DNA of 63,123 bases, from positions 1 through 63,123 of IMG/VR virus record IMGVR_UViG_3300046096_000179; one strand, given 5' to 3'. Shown here one piece after another: positions 17,955 to 27,503 of this stretch. The DNA comes from a virus. Its lineage: Duplodnaviria; Heunggongvirae; Uroviricota; Caudoviricetes. The translations under genes were made by a program, and so were the position numbers. How positions within the stretch are numbered: the stretch's first letter is position 1; the number at the start of each line of letters is the position of its first letter. The notes beneath the pieces were generated by a model. The model did no database searches, was not told the DNA's origin, and saw nothing but the letters and a program-made list of their open reading frames with translations.

Positions 17955-19628
17955 TTACTGAGTCAAAATATATCTAATCTTACCGGAGTCATAGCATCTG
18001 AGTAATCGGTATTCATCTGCCAATTCCCTTTCGGTTTTTCCTTCCAAATTCAATCCAACTGACTCAAAGAATTCCTTTCGGTATCCAAACTTATGCTGCC
18101 GTTTCTTGGTTCGGTAGTCATAGTATCTGTAGTCTGGATTCAGGTATCCATCAAATTCAAATCCGTTCTTCAGGTAAACATTATTTCTCTGGTCAATGAT
18201 TTCCAAGTCACCAAATGACAAAACATAGTCAATCGAATTGTTCTTCAGAAAGTGACTTAACAGCTTCCTGAATGCCCCAGTGACGTTACTGTTGGCAAAA
18301 CGGTTTAGATCATATCCAATCCCAGTTCGACCAACATTCTTGGCAATTTTCTTGAATCCCATTGCAGAAACAACATCTCCTGTGGAATCAACCAATCCCA
18401 ATCTGACAGAGGCAATTGTCGCGCCCTGCATGTGATTGGCATTCATGAATGCATCAAACTCGGATTGAGTCAGTTCAATCACCTTGGTTTTTCTGGCACC
18501 CATCCTTGAGTTACAACCAAGCAGATTTCGGATGAAATTCTGAACAGTTTCTTTTCTCTGGTTCCAATCGTCCTCCCAGACTTGGATATACCGAATCCCC
18601 CTCCGATAGAAGTAGTCAACCTTCTCCTGATGATATGATGGAGACTTTTTCTTGTCAGAGTGCCAGTAGATTCCGTTAAACTCAAATCCAATCTTCAGGT
18701 CTGGGATGTAAACATCCAAATGCTTTCCATCCTTGTAGGTATGGATTGCGTCTGGTCGGACTCCTTGGATGAATTCCAGTAACTCAAGCTCACCCAAGGA
18801 AACCTGATTTTGCATCCGGTCTGGGGAATATGGTATTCCCATATAATGAATTGCATGGACAACGGCTTCGCCTGAACATCCAAGCAACTTGGATATCCCC
18901 AGCACTGAAGTCCTCTGAGTCAGGTAAAGATCGCTCAGTTGTTCCTTGGCGGAAAGGACATCAAATGCGGTTGGGTTTATCCGCGATTTCCTGTAGTTGG
19001 AAATCATCGAATTTTTCTCTGCATCAGACATGCCTCTAAAACGCGCCAGAATGCCCTCTACAGCCATTGATCGAGTTGGTTGGTGCTGGGATACATGCTT
19101 GACGTTATAACGCTCCAGATTCGTTTCTATGCGCTTCTGGAGCCTCTTTTCTTTTTTGGTTGGATCATTCCATGCGTCCTTGGTTCTTTCAGCAAATGAT
19201 TCCTTCATTTCCGGTAATTGGGAAATGTGCTCAACCCCATATCGCTCCTGATTGGTTTTGGTTCTCTTGGCAATTGAATCTGTATAGTCATCCAGTCGAT
19301 TCTTGGTCTTGACTTCCGGGTCATTCTGGGTGCATTTCTGGGAGCAGTAGCAGGCCCATGCTTGGTGCTTGTTTGACCAATTGACATACTCGACTCCACA
19401 TGTTTTGCATCTTGGAACTCGAACGGAATCTTTGCAGTATGCCCGAATCATATCGGTCATGGATAGCTTTCCCGACATTCCAATAGATTCCCACTCCTGA
19501 GTAATCTGACTCAGAAGGTCTCCAAAACCATTCTTGTTCAAGACTGATTCGGAGAATCTGGTTGCTCTGGCTTTCCCGGCTTCGTTATAGATGAAATCGA
19601 TCAGGTCTTGTTTGGTTTTGTTGGTCAT
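17955..19628 (-). CDS. Putative homing endonuclease (PD-(D/E)xK/Vsr-like core plus Mom/GNAT-like C-terminal domain), copy 3
   Basis: CKTC..CSQKC, KTNQERYGVEH repeats, HLDVYIP..KIGFEFNGIYWHS, IRYIQVWEDDW, DLNRFAN, YDSGK; start set at the ATGA overlap. Confidence 0.75.
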   Translation of the reverse strand: MTNKTKQDLIDFIYNEAGKARATRFSESVLNKNGFGDLLSQITQEWESIGMSGKLSMTDMIRAYCKDSVRVPRCKTCGVEYVNWSNKHQAWACYCSQKCTQNDPEVKTKNRLDDYTDSIAKRTKTNQERYGVEHISQLPEMKESFAERTKDAWNDPTKKEKRLQKRIETNLERYNVKHVSQHQPTRSMAVEGILARFRGMSDAEKNSMISNYRKSRINPTAFDVLSAKEQLSDLYLTQRTSVLGISKLLGCSGEAVVHAIHYMGIPYSPDRMQNQVSLGELELLEFIQGVRPDAIHTYKDGKHLDVYIPDLKIGFEFNGIYWHSDKKKSPSYHQEKVDYFYRRGIRYIQVWEDDWNQRKETVQNFIRNLLGCNSRMGARKTKVIELTQSEFDAFMNANHMQGATIASVRLGLVDSTGDVVSAMGFKKIAKNVGRTGIGYDLNRFANSNVTGAFRKLLSHFLKNNSIDYVLSFGDLEIIDQRNNVYLKNGFEFDGYLNPDYRYYDYRTKKRQHKFGYRKEFFESVGLNLEGKTERELADEYRLLRCYDSGKIRYILTQ

Positions 19629-21187
19629 TCCCGTTCCCATACAAACTTCAAGTTCCCGGAATCATATATCCAATCAAATCCATTGGCTTCCATATTGTCA
19701 AATGCTGTCTTGGATGAATCGAATTTGTCTCCGAACTTGGCCTTTAGTCTGTGCTTCATGAATTCGTGTCGGGAATGCAGATAGTATTCTTTCTTGGAAA
19801 ACGCATACCAATTTGGGTCTGTTGTTCCAATCAGAGTCAGCCCATTGGCATACGCACATCCATCATGGGAAGCAAATCGCCTATCTGCAAAACATACAAT
19901 CGAGTCTGCATTGTTCTTTACATGATTCAGGAGTCGATTCATACCGCCAACCACAATCAGGGTCTTCTTGGTTGCCATCCGGATGATTTCGGTTTCATTA
20001 CCGCTCCCAAATCGAGTCTTGCCATAGGATACAGCCTGAACCAATTCATCCCCACTGAAAAGACCCATGTATGTCGTTGCTTTGGTATGTCCAGCTAAGT
20101 GACTGTTCTCAAAGAATTCTGTTGCCTGTTTTGATGTCAATGACTTCATGAGAGTCTTTCTGGCAGGAATTTTGTTGATAATAACACCCAAGCGAACTCT
20201 GATCATTGACTTCCATATCTCCTGCTTAATCGGATCATTCCACTCGACATCGTAAATCTGAAGAAGATTTATTCCCTTGTTCTCTGCCATTTCGGTCTTG
20301 TTCAGGTGGTAGTTCTTGTCCTTGCCCATACCAAAGGAATGGTTCCAGATTCCATGGAATTCAATGCCCAAGTTGGCAGATGGAATCAGAATGTCAATTT
20401 CATAGGGAGCAATCATTGTTCTGTCAGACATGATGGCAGAGAATCCAAGACTCTCGACAAATTCCTTGACCTGAGCCTGCTGTGCTGAAATGGAACGTGA
20501 GGCAATATATAGCATTGCATGTTCGTCTGACCCCCTGAGCCACCGATTGATCATCGAATACTGAATCTTGCTGAATTCAGATATTTCTGCTCGGGTTGGC
20601 TCCCGACCAATATCAGCTTCCAGTCTGGTCGCAATCTTGATGATGGCTTCCGCCTTTGACACAGGGTCATGAAAATCTATGGAGTTGATGATTGCTGGGT
20701 CTACTCCCCTGATCCCGAGAGTTTCTATCGTTTGACGAATACCGGCGGCATCCCAATCAGTCACTCGATTTTTCACTGCATTCTTGGCAAACTCCCGGTC
20801 TTTCATTGGATTGTCAACCCCAAGCCTGTCCATGAAAGTCTGTTTTCGAGTGCCATTCTCCTCAATCAACAACTGAGCGCATGATGGGGAACAGGTCATT
20901 GCCCATGATCCATAGGGAGTGATTCGGTCTTCTGTTGTCTTATTGTTTCGCCATGGAAACTTATCAGAAACGGAATTTCCACAGGTCAGGCATGATGGCT
21001 CTGATTCACCGCGTTCTTTCAGACATACCAAGGCAGCCATCTTCTTGATGGTCAGTTGCTTACTGACAAAGAAAAAATCAGATGGAAATTCCTTGGTCAG
21101 GTCGGCAACCAGATTCTTGTCAGTGATGGATTGGATTGAATGCTCTTTGGAATTGGCATATTCAATCAGTCTGGTGAATAGAGTCAT
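19625..21187 (-). CDS. Putative homing endonuclease, copy 2
   Basis: CLTC..CSPSC, EIDILIP...GIEFHGIWNHS, INLLQIYDVEW, EIIRMAT, FADRRF, IYDSGN. Confidence 0.75.
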   Translation of the reverse strand: MTLFTRLIEYANSKEHSIQSITDKNLVADLTKEFPSDFFFVSKQLTIKKMAALVCLKERGESEPSCLTCGNSVSDKFPWRNNKTTEDRITPYGSWAMTCSPSCAQLLIEENGTRKQTFMDRLGVDNPMKDREFAKNAVKNRVTDWDAAGIRQTIETLGIRGVDPAIINSIDFHDPVSKAEAIIKIATRLEADIGREPTRAEISEFSKIQYSMINRWLRGSDEHAMLYIASRSISAQQAQVKEFVESLGFSAIMSDRTMIAPYEIDILIPSANLGIEFHGIWNHSFGMGKDKNYHLNKTEMAENKGINLLQIYDVEWNDPIKQEIWKSMIRVRLGVIINKIPARKTLMKSLTSKQATEFFENSHLAGHTKATTYMGLFSGDELVQAVSYGKTRFGSGNETEIIRMATKKTLIVVGGMNRLLNHVKNNADSIVCFADRRFASHDGCAYANGLTLIGTTDPNWYAFSKKEYYLHSRHEFMKHRLKAKFGDKFDSSKTAFDNMEANGFDWIYDSGNLKFVWERE

Positions 21188-22842
21188 CTCTTGTAGTAGA
21201 AAACGGCATTGCCACAGTCATTATAGCGGAAGAACCCGTTAGTCAGTGCATTCTCACCCTCACTCTTGGTGGGGTCATACTCTGGACATAGACTCTGAAT
21301 GTTTCCTTTCTGGAACATCTGGCGCGAGTATGTCTTCTTTAGATCGGTATAGAAGTATCCGGGATTCGTATTATGTGAGTATTCAAACCCGATTTTCTCA
21401 TATGCAGCGCCGGAACCAAACCTGAGATTGGCATAGGTCATTACATTTCCTGTGGTTATTGACAAGAAGCGTTTAAAAATCTTTGACATTCCACCAACAA
21501 CGTTGGTGTTGGTTTTGGTTGCTGATCGGATAATTTCCCAGTCTGCAGATTTGTCAAACCGGGGCTTGGCAAATGACATACACTGAACCAACTCTCCACC
21601 AAACACCAATCCAATATAGATTGATGCTGCAGCAAATCCGCTCATGTGATTTTGTTCAAAGAACATGCGAGCATCATTGGATTCAACGGTAACAAGTTGA
21701 CACTGACGAGCATATAATTTCTGATTTGCCCTACCGATCTTGGATGCAATAATTGATTTGATGATTTCTAACCGAATAGGGTTTGATGTTTCCCCAACAT
21801 CAACAAACCTGAGCAGAGTATATCCTGCTGAAGCGCACAATTCTTGCTTCTCCTGATGATTTTTACTGACCTTGTTGACGGGAGTTCCCGTTGCATGATA
21901 AAACAACCCATCAAGTTCAATTGCCAACTTTGCTGATGGTATAACAATGTCCAGTTCCTTACCCGACAACACGGTCCTATCTCGCTGAATCGGCTCAACC
22001 CCCAATGAACGAATATATGAAACCAATTGTCGCTCAATCTTGGATTCAGACCCAGTTCGGTCAATTTCAATCCCGTGATGGTGGAGTTTCTGAAGGATCA
22101 GGGATGAAGAAACCCCATTGCGTTCCCCAATTTCCTCAGCAGACATGGTTTTGTATTGGGATTCTAACCATTCCTTATCATCAAGAAGCATTCCCGTTGC
22201 TTCTGGTATCTGATTGAACTTGGTTGAAATCTGGTTATATGCATAGGCCATAGCCAACTGGTCTCTGGAGACGCCAATTTCCTCAGCAATCTTGTCCATC
22301 GCCATCCCGGAATCTTTCTTCTGAATCAGCATCTGCTTATCCAAGAGACTTGACGACATTTCCGTCAGTTGCGTCTGAGTGGTTGATTCGTGGTCTTTGA
22401 CATAGAAGCACGATGAGTTAGAAGAATCAAACAACATCAGTTTTAGCAGATATCGACTTATTCCGGTTTCTTCAGTAGCATCCTTGATTGATGGGTAAAT
22501 TTTCCCATTTACCGATACTGAGATTCTGGTCAGAGGAGTTTTCAGTGACCGACATTTCATATCGCAGTAGATGCCATAGCGATACAAGGTTTTGTGGAGC
22601 TTCAGCTTCTTTTCGCAGCTTGGGCACTCTGGAGGCTCAAGCATGTTGTTCTTCAGAAGATATATTGCTTCAGATAGGGTTTCTGCATCTGGGAATGTTT
22701 CCCACAACTGGTCAATCAGTGCAGTATATTTTGGTAGAATTTTCGCATAGCGAATTGGGTTACTGACACACTTCCCGATTTCCTGAATCTGGGTTGGGGT
22801 CATTGCAACGATAGCTTCTTTCGGAGCTTGTTTGGTAGTCAT
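21184..22842 (-). CDS. Putative homing endonuclease, copy 1
   Basis: CPSC..CDMKC, NUMOD1-like YPSIKDA, ELDIVIP..LAIELDGLFYH, EIIRSAT, YANLRF, YNDCGN. Confidence 0.75.
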   Translation of the reverse strand: MTTKQAPKEAIVAMTPTQIQEIGKCVSNPIRYAKILPKYTALIDQLWETFPDAETLSEAIYLLKNNMLEPPECPSCEKKLKLHKTLYRYGIYCDMKCRSLKTPLTRISVSVNGKIYPSIKDATEETGISRYLLKLMLFDSSNSSCFYVKDHESTTQTQLTEMSSSLLDKQMLIQKKDSGMAMDKIAEEIGVSRDQLAMAYAYNQISTKFNQIPEATGMLLDDKEWLESQYKTMSAEEIGERNGVSSSLILQKLHHHGIEIDRTGSESKIERQLVSYIRSLGVEPIQRDRTVLSGKELDIVIPSAKLAIELDGLFYHATGTPVNKVSKNHQEKQELCASAGYTLLRFVDVGETSNPIRLEIIKSIIASKIGRANQKLYARQCQLVTVESNDARMFFEQNHMSGFAAASIYIGLVFGGELVQCMSFAKPRFDKSADWEIIRSATKTNTNVVGGMSKIFKRFLSITTGNVMTYANLRFGSGAAYEKIGFEYSHNTNPGYFYTDLKKTYSRQMFQKGNIQSLCPEYDPTKSEGENALTNGFFRYNDCGNAVFYYKR

Positions 22843-22871
22843 GGCAGTCTTGGGTGGATTTTAATTACCTA

Positions 22872-22900
22872 CAGTATACCATAAATATCTAACCACAGCA
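22872..22900 (-). promoter_or_regulatory. Sigma70-like promoter for the endonuclease trio; overlaps a plus-strand late promoter ATAAATA (22881-22887)
   Basis: Minus strand TTGCTG-17nt-TATACT with an extended TG. Confidence 0.45.
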
Positions 22901-22927
22901 AGATCAACCAATAAGAAAGAAAAAATA

Positions 22928-24097
22928 ATGGACTCAATTGCCAAGAAATACATTGCCATGCTTCAGGAGGAAATTATCAAGAAACATGCCAAGGTGTTTA
23001 CCGCCATCCCAAAGCAGACGACCGTTGATCTGACCAACCCAGAAACCAATGTGGTCATGCATTCAGTTCGTCAGTATGATCCAGACTATGATTTTCGCCA
23101 GAAACACCCAGACTCAAACCTGACCAAGCAGTATGTGATTGGTATGGCAAACAGACTGGCTACTTCGGATAATCCCGACTACAAGAAGTCGGTTTTCCAA
23201 GCATACAAGCGTCAGGCTCCAGCAATTGTTGGCGGTGCTCAGAACTATGAGCAGTTGGTTGACCGATGCTATGCGGCTGCTAAGAAAGAAACTCTGCATC
23301 AATTTGATTCTTTGCCGATTGATACATCGTATCATCAGGGAGAGTTCAATTATGCATCATCCGGCGCAATGGTTGAGGATGTGCATAAGAATCGCCATAT
23401 GGCCGTTTACTCAGGTGGAGAGCCACATACCCACTTGGACAAGTCACATGGCGAAGACCTGACCGCCAATGAGAAGTTTCGGGCGGTTCATGATTACTAT
23501 GGACATGCTTTGCATGGCAATCAGTTTGGACCAAAGGGCGAGGAAATTGCATGGAACATTCATCGTCAGATGTATTCTGACTTGGCTAAACCGGCAGTCA
23601 CGGCAGAGACTCGTGGACAGAATTCCGAGGTCAGCTATACCATGCTGAAGCATGAAAACATTGCCGGTATGAAGCACTATCGCCAGTTGGCATCTGTTGC
23701 ATCTACGCCACAGGAGAAGCAGGAACATCTTGCCAAGGTTCGGGAAATCGGTAATAATTGGAACTATGCCCGACAAGTCGCCTCCGTTCTCCCACCCGAA
23801 ATGAATTCGCCTCATTTTAATGGGGATGTTCCAGAGTCGATTCGTCATCTGCTGATCGACAAAGAAGGAACAAAAATGTCAACCGTTTACAACTCAACCA
23901 ATGATCATTTGGGTATCCATAAATTAGCCAAGCTACATAATCCAGAAAATGCAGATGATGTCACTTCACAACTCGCCAAGGTGCATGGTTATACCGGCGC
24001 TCTGCATGAGTCCGTTTGCTCTGCTGGTGGTGATGAATTGATCCATGATGAAGACTATGCACCAATCCACCAGAAGCAAAGCTACTCGTTTGAGTGA
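22928..24097 (+). CDS. Hypothetical protein with a zincin-like HDxxGH...EE motif; possible internal head protein
   Basis: NEKFRAVHDYYGH...GPKGEEIAW...AETRGQNS; late promoter; N-terminal LQE. Confidence 0.55.
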   Translation: MDSIAKKYIAMLQEEIIKKHAKVFTAIPKQTTVDLTNPETNVVMHSVRQYDPDYDFRQKHPDSNLTKQYVIGMANRLATSDNPDYKKSVFQAYKRQAPAIVGGAQNYEQLVDRCYAAAKKETLHQFDSLPIDTSYHQGEFNYASSGAMVEDVHKNRHMAVYSGGEPHTHLDKSHGEDLTANEKFRAVHDYYGHALHGNQFGPKGEEIAWNIHRQMYSDLAKPAVTAETRGQNSEVSYTMLKHENIAGMKHYRQLASVASTPQEKQEHLAKVREIGNNWNYARQVASVLPPEMNSPHFNGDVPESIRHLLIDKEGTKMSTVYNSTNDHLGIHKLAKLHNPENADDVTSQLAKVHGYTGALHESVCSAGGDELIHDEDYAPIHQKQSYSFE

Positions 24098-24461
24098 TTA
24101 TCAAAAGGCCATGTTCAGGTGTTTCCTCTCAACCGGGGAGCATCTGTTGATGCATGGTTGGAAATCCGACATTGTTGGGTCTGCGTTTGTCATCACCGCC
24201 CATAATCCATATGGTGAGTTACATAGCGAAGAATTCAACCATAAGGCAACCACACAACTCAGGAATGATATAGAGGCCAGTGGAGCCTCTTTTGTTGTTG
24301 GTGTTGGTGGCGCAGATGGACATTCTGAAGATAGTTTCTTGGTATGGAGTGACGACCATCAATACCTAATGACTAAATATCATCAGGATTGCGTCCTTCT
24401 GATTGACGCAGATGGTAACTGTCAATTGGAATGGAACTCAAAAACAAAGAGCCTCAATTGA
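24045..24461 (+). CDS. DUF3293-like protein (true start probably slightly downstream)
   Basis: FVITAHNPYG...N....QL....G....HSEDSFLV...YHQD pattern. Confidence 0.65.
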   Translation: MMKTMHQSTRSKATRLSDYQKAMFRCFLSTGEHLLMHGWKSDIVGSAFVITAHNPYGELHSEEFNHKATTQLRNDIEASGASFVVGVGGADGHSEDSFLVWSDDHQYLMTKYHQDCVLLIDADGNCQLEWNSKTKSLN

Positions 24462-24470
24462 GGCTCTTTT
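24446..24470. terminator. Bidirectional terminator
   Basis: AAAGAGCCTC-AATT-GAGGCTCTTT between convergent genes. Confidence 0.7.
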
Positions 24471-24474
24471 TACG

Positions 24475-24939
24475 TCAACCCTTGATTACCAGCCGAGAAA
24501 CATTCTCGGGTAGGTTTCTGATTGTCCTCTTGGCAACTGGTCGATTGCTCTGAGCATATACGAAGAATCGGATGTTCGGGAACATGGCAGCCATGGTGAC
24601 CGCCATTCCCAGACTATCGGCATCTGAAGAAAAGACATGAATCTCCTTCAGATCTGGATTTTTGGCTGCCTCATACGCAGCAGTGACTGCCATGATCAGG
24701 TCAACCGCTTCCTTGGCGATAGTCGATCCAACAATCACCTCCAGATTATCCATAACTGGCGGCTTGGCAATCTTGTTTGCAGTTGCCCATACCAGTCTTG
24801 TCTTTGATTGGTCAATCTTGGCATAGATGCGCTTCAGCGTAGCCACCTTTACCTGATCGGCATCAAACATGACCAGATGGGTCTTGCCCTTGGTTGGAGT
24901 TGGGTAGAAGAAAGATTTGATTTTCTGGAACATGGACAT
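24475..24939 (-). CDS. Hypothetical protein, possibly NYN/PIN-like fold
   Basis: VMFDADQ ... KEAVDL ... HVFSSDADSL acidic motif spacing. Confidence 0.45.
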   Translation of the reverse strand: MSMFQKIKSFFYPTPTKGKTHLVMFDADQVKVATLKRIYAKIDQSKTRLVWATANKIAKPPVMDNLEVIVGSTIAKEAVDLIMAVTAAYEAAKNPDLKEIHVFSSDADSLGMAVTMAAMFPNIRFFVYAQSNRPVAKRTIRNLPENVSRLVIKG

Positions 24940-24998
24940 AATTCTACAGCATTCCCTAAATAAGTCAAGAAAATCTAAATTTTTACTCGGACAACATA

Positions 24999-27281
24999 AT
25001 GACCCAACCCACCATCAAGAAAATCAAATCGTTTGCTGAATACCGTCAGGCACCATCACTGGGGGTGGTTCTGTTGGAGGATCTTAACGATTATCAGAAG
25101 AAGAAAGTTGATCGCATGCCTGAAATGAGCTGGGATGCTGCCAAGGAACATGACCGAGTGTTTGGTCCCGGTAACGAAAAGATCATCATTCCTTTCCATG
25201 GGCCGGATCAGAAAATCACCACCCATAACCACAAGTCTGTCTTGGTTCCTGCTCAGTTGCGAGTAACTTCCAATATCCTGAGTCACCTGCAGTCACATGG
25301 GTATTTTACCAAGGATTATCGCGCAGGATTGGTTCACCATCAGAACACACCAAGTAGAGACATTAAGATTTCCAAGGCTCTGGAGACCATCGGTTCTGCC
25401 GATGAGCCATCACCACACCTGAATAAAGATGGTAAGGTTATGACATGGAAGCAGTCATATGATGCCGACCCTGCTCGCCAATCCAAGTCAGCAAATAAAC
25501 AGATCGTGTTTACCAAGAATCGGTATGATGTTGCTGGAGTGTCAACAGATCGCGAGGGCTGGACATCCTGCATGGAGATGGACTCCGCACCAAATACAAA
25601 AGACGGTGGCATCAATCAACACACGCTCCCCAACGACCTCCATACTGGCACAATTGCTGCCTATGTCACTCACCATGGCGACGATGACATCAAGCACCCT
25701 ATTGCTCGTCAGTCTCTGAAGCAATTTATGAATGGGAACCATATCATCTATCGTCCAGAATCAACCAGATATGGGGCATTCCAACCCGAAGCAGGGGATG
25801 TTATTTCCAAGTGGGCTGCTGAAAAATATCCATCCAATCCGGGAGTATATGTCAAGAATCCATCACTCTATAATGATGATGGGCGAGCAATCAAGCTTGA
25901 AAAGGTTGCCGACTATTCAGGCGTCGGTATTGAGGATGCGCATCGTCATATTCGTCAGTCTCTGCGGACTGCACATGACGCCGGATACCAGTCTGCATTG
26001 GATATGCAGCACAAACATGATGATTATGACGCCACGAATGCCCACTTTGAAAATATGGAGAACCTGACATCAAAAATGCATGATATGCTTCCTGAGCATC
26101 ATAAGATTCATATTGCAACCCATGCTCTGTTGGATGGTGCGGAAGAGGATGGTGACGATTTTGCGGACGAAACAATAGATGAGGGAATCGATCATGACCT
26201 GATAGATTCATCACATTTCGTCAAGCATTGGGCGGCCAATCACGCAACAGACATCTCTAACCATATCAATCATGAATATTCTTCAGAAGATGCTCTGAAG
26301 CTGCATAGTGAGATTCACAATCGCATGGGCAAGACCAATTCAGATGCCGTTGTTGATAACCATCAAGCACTGAAGCATATTCATGCTACCCTTATCAATA
26401 AGGTTATGACGGGGGACAATCAGCAGCACAAGGATGCTGTTCTGCATGACATCATGGATTCTGCCGGAACAAATGAGCAACATGGCTACTATGAGAACAT
26501 GCTTCAGAATCAGAATACTGTGTTTGACCATACCCATCCAGCAGAACACACCACCAACCCCAGAGTGATTCATTCTATGTTGAAGGATGATGACAAGATC
26601 AGTATGTTCCCACAGAACAATTGGAAGCACGACCCATCAACCGCTCTGCATATTGGTAAACATGCCGATGATAAGCTGGCAAGCCACCTGATGTTTGGGG
26701 ATCATCGCAACACATTCTCCCAGACGATTCGCCATGGGAATACTGGGAAATATGGATTGGGGGACGACCGAACGGAAGACCTTATGCATGGTCTGAATCA
26801 GAACCCCAACGGGGAGGCAATTCAGCATCATATCACTTCACACATGGTGCTGGACGGTGGTTATAACCCAGAGCAGCAGACTCGATTACCCATTGAGAAT
26901 GAGCGCGAGATTCGACACTACGTCAAGCAGGTTTGGTCTGCCCCAACGGAGACCACGAGTGGTCGAATTGATACAATCAAAACACATACGATCCCCAGAG
27001 TCATGCACGATATGACCGCCGATGCCACCGATTCGTCTGATGATGTTGATCGCTTTGCCGATGTTGCTATGCACACCAAATTCAAATCGGTTCTGGATAA
27101 GCTGAAGAATCGCCATGATACCCAGATTCCTGCAATTCAGAATGCAGTTCGGGATAACTACCACGTTCTGCATGAGGGTGTTCATGCTAAGTCCCTGAGC
27201 GAGTTCATGCTTAAAGCCAAGTATCAGAAAGAGATAACTGGTGACAAGATGCATACTTGGCCGCTCAGGAAGGGCATTTAA
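24999..27281 (+). CDS. His-rich hypothetical protein, paralog of 36169..38232; possible internal head protein
   Basis: CTAAATA at 24956-24962; KSFAEY...LLE N-terminus; STDR.GWTSC domain shared with the paralog. Confidence 0.65.
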   Translation: MTQPTIKKIKSFAEYRQAPSLGVVLLEDLNDYQKKKVDRMPEMSWDAAKEHDRVFGPGNEKIIIPFHGPDQKITTHNHKSVLVPAQLRVTSNILSHLQSHGYFTKDYRAGLVHHQNTPSRDIKISKALETIGSADEPSPHLNKDGKVMTWKQSYDADPARQSKSANKQIVFTKNRYDVAGVSTDREGWTSCMEMDSAPNTKDGGINQHTLPNDLHTGTIAAYVTHHGDDDIKHPIARQSLKQFMNGNHIIYRPESTRYGAFQPEAGDVISKWAAEKYPSNPGVYVKNPSLYNDDGRAIKLEKVADYSGVGIEDAHRHIRQSLRTAHDAGYQSALDMQHKHDDYDATNAHFENMENLTSKMHDMLPEHHKIHIATHALLDGAEEDGDDFADETIDEGIDHDLIDSSHFVKHWAANHATDISNHINHEYSSEDALKLHSEIHNRMGKTNSDAVVDNHQALKHIHATLINKVMTGDNQQHKDAVLHDIMDSAGTNEQHGYYENMLQNQNTVFDHTHPAEHTTNPRVIHSMLKDDDKISMFPQNNWKHDPSTALHIGKHADDKLASHLMFGDHRNTFSQTIRHGNTGKYGLGDDRTEDLMHGLNQNPNGEAIQHHITSHMVLDGGYNPEQQTRLPIENEREIRHYVKQVWSAPTETTSGRIDTIKTHTIPRVMHDMTADATDSSDDVDRFADVAMHTKFKSVLDKLKNRHDTQIPAIQNAVRDNYHVLHEGVHAKSLSEFMLKAKYQKEITGDKMHTWPLRKGI

Positions 27282-27308
27282 AGCCCCTTGGAGACTCTGT
27301 AAACAAAA

Positions 27309-27328
27309 ATGGCTACCTTGGTAGCCAT
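27309..27328. terminator. Hairpin between convergent genes
   Basis: ATGGCTACC-TT-GGTAGCCAT. Confidence 0.5.
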
Positions 27329-27503
27329 AATCGTTTTTTGGAGGCGTGTAGAGCATTTACTCGGGAGTTGATTTGCGAACCATGACCAAGCCCATTTTCT
27401 TTTGTTCCATCTGGCGTCTGGATGTGAGGCAACCGAGGAAATGTAAATTGATTTCCGACCATTGTTTCTTGGCGAATCATGCAACAACGTAATTAATTAC
27501 TTA

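Noticed and set aside
27278-27487. 69-aa minus-strand ORF downstream of rnlA
   Set aside because: No recognisable motif or clear RBS and it runs through a terminator-like hairpin; cannot be supported either way.
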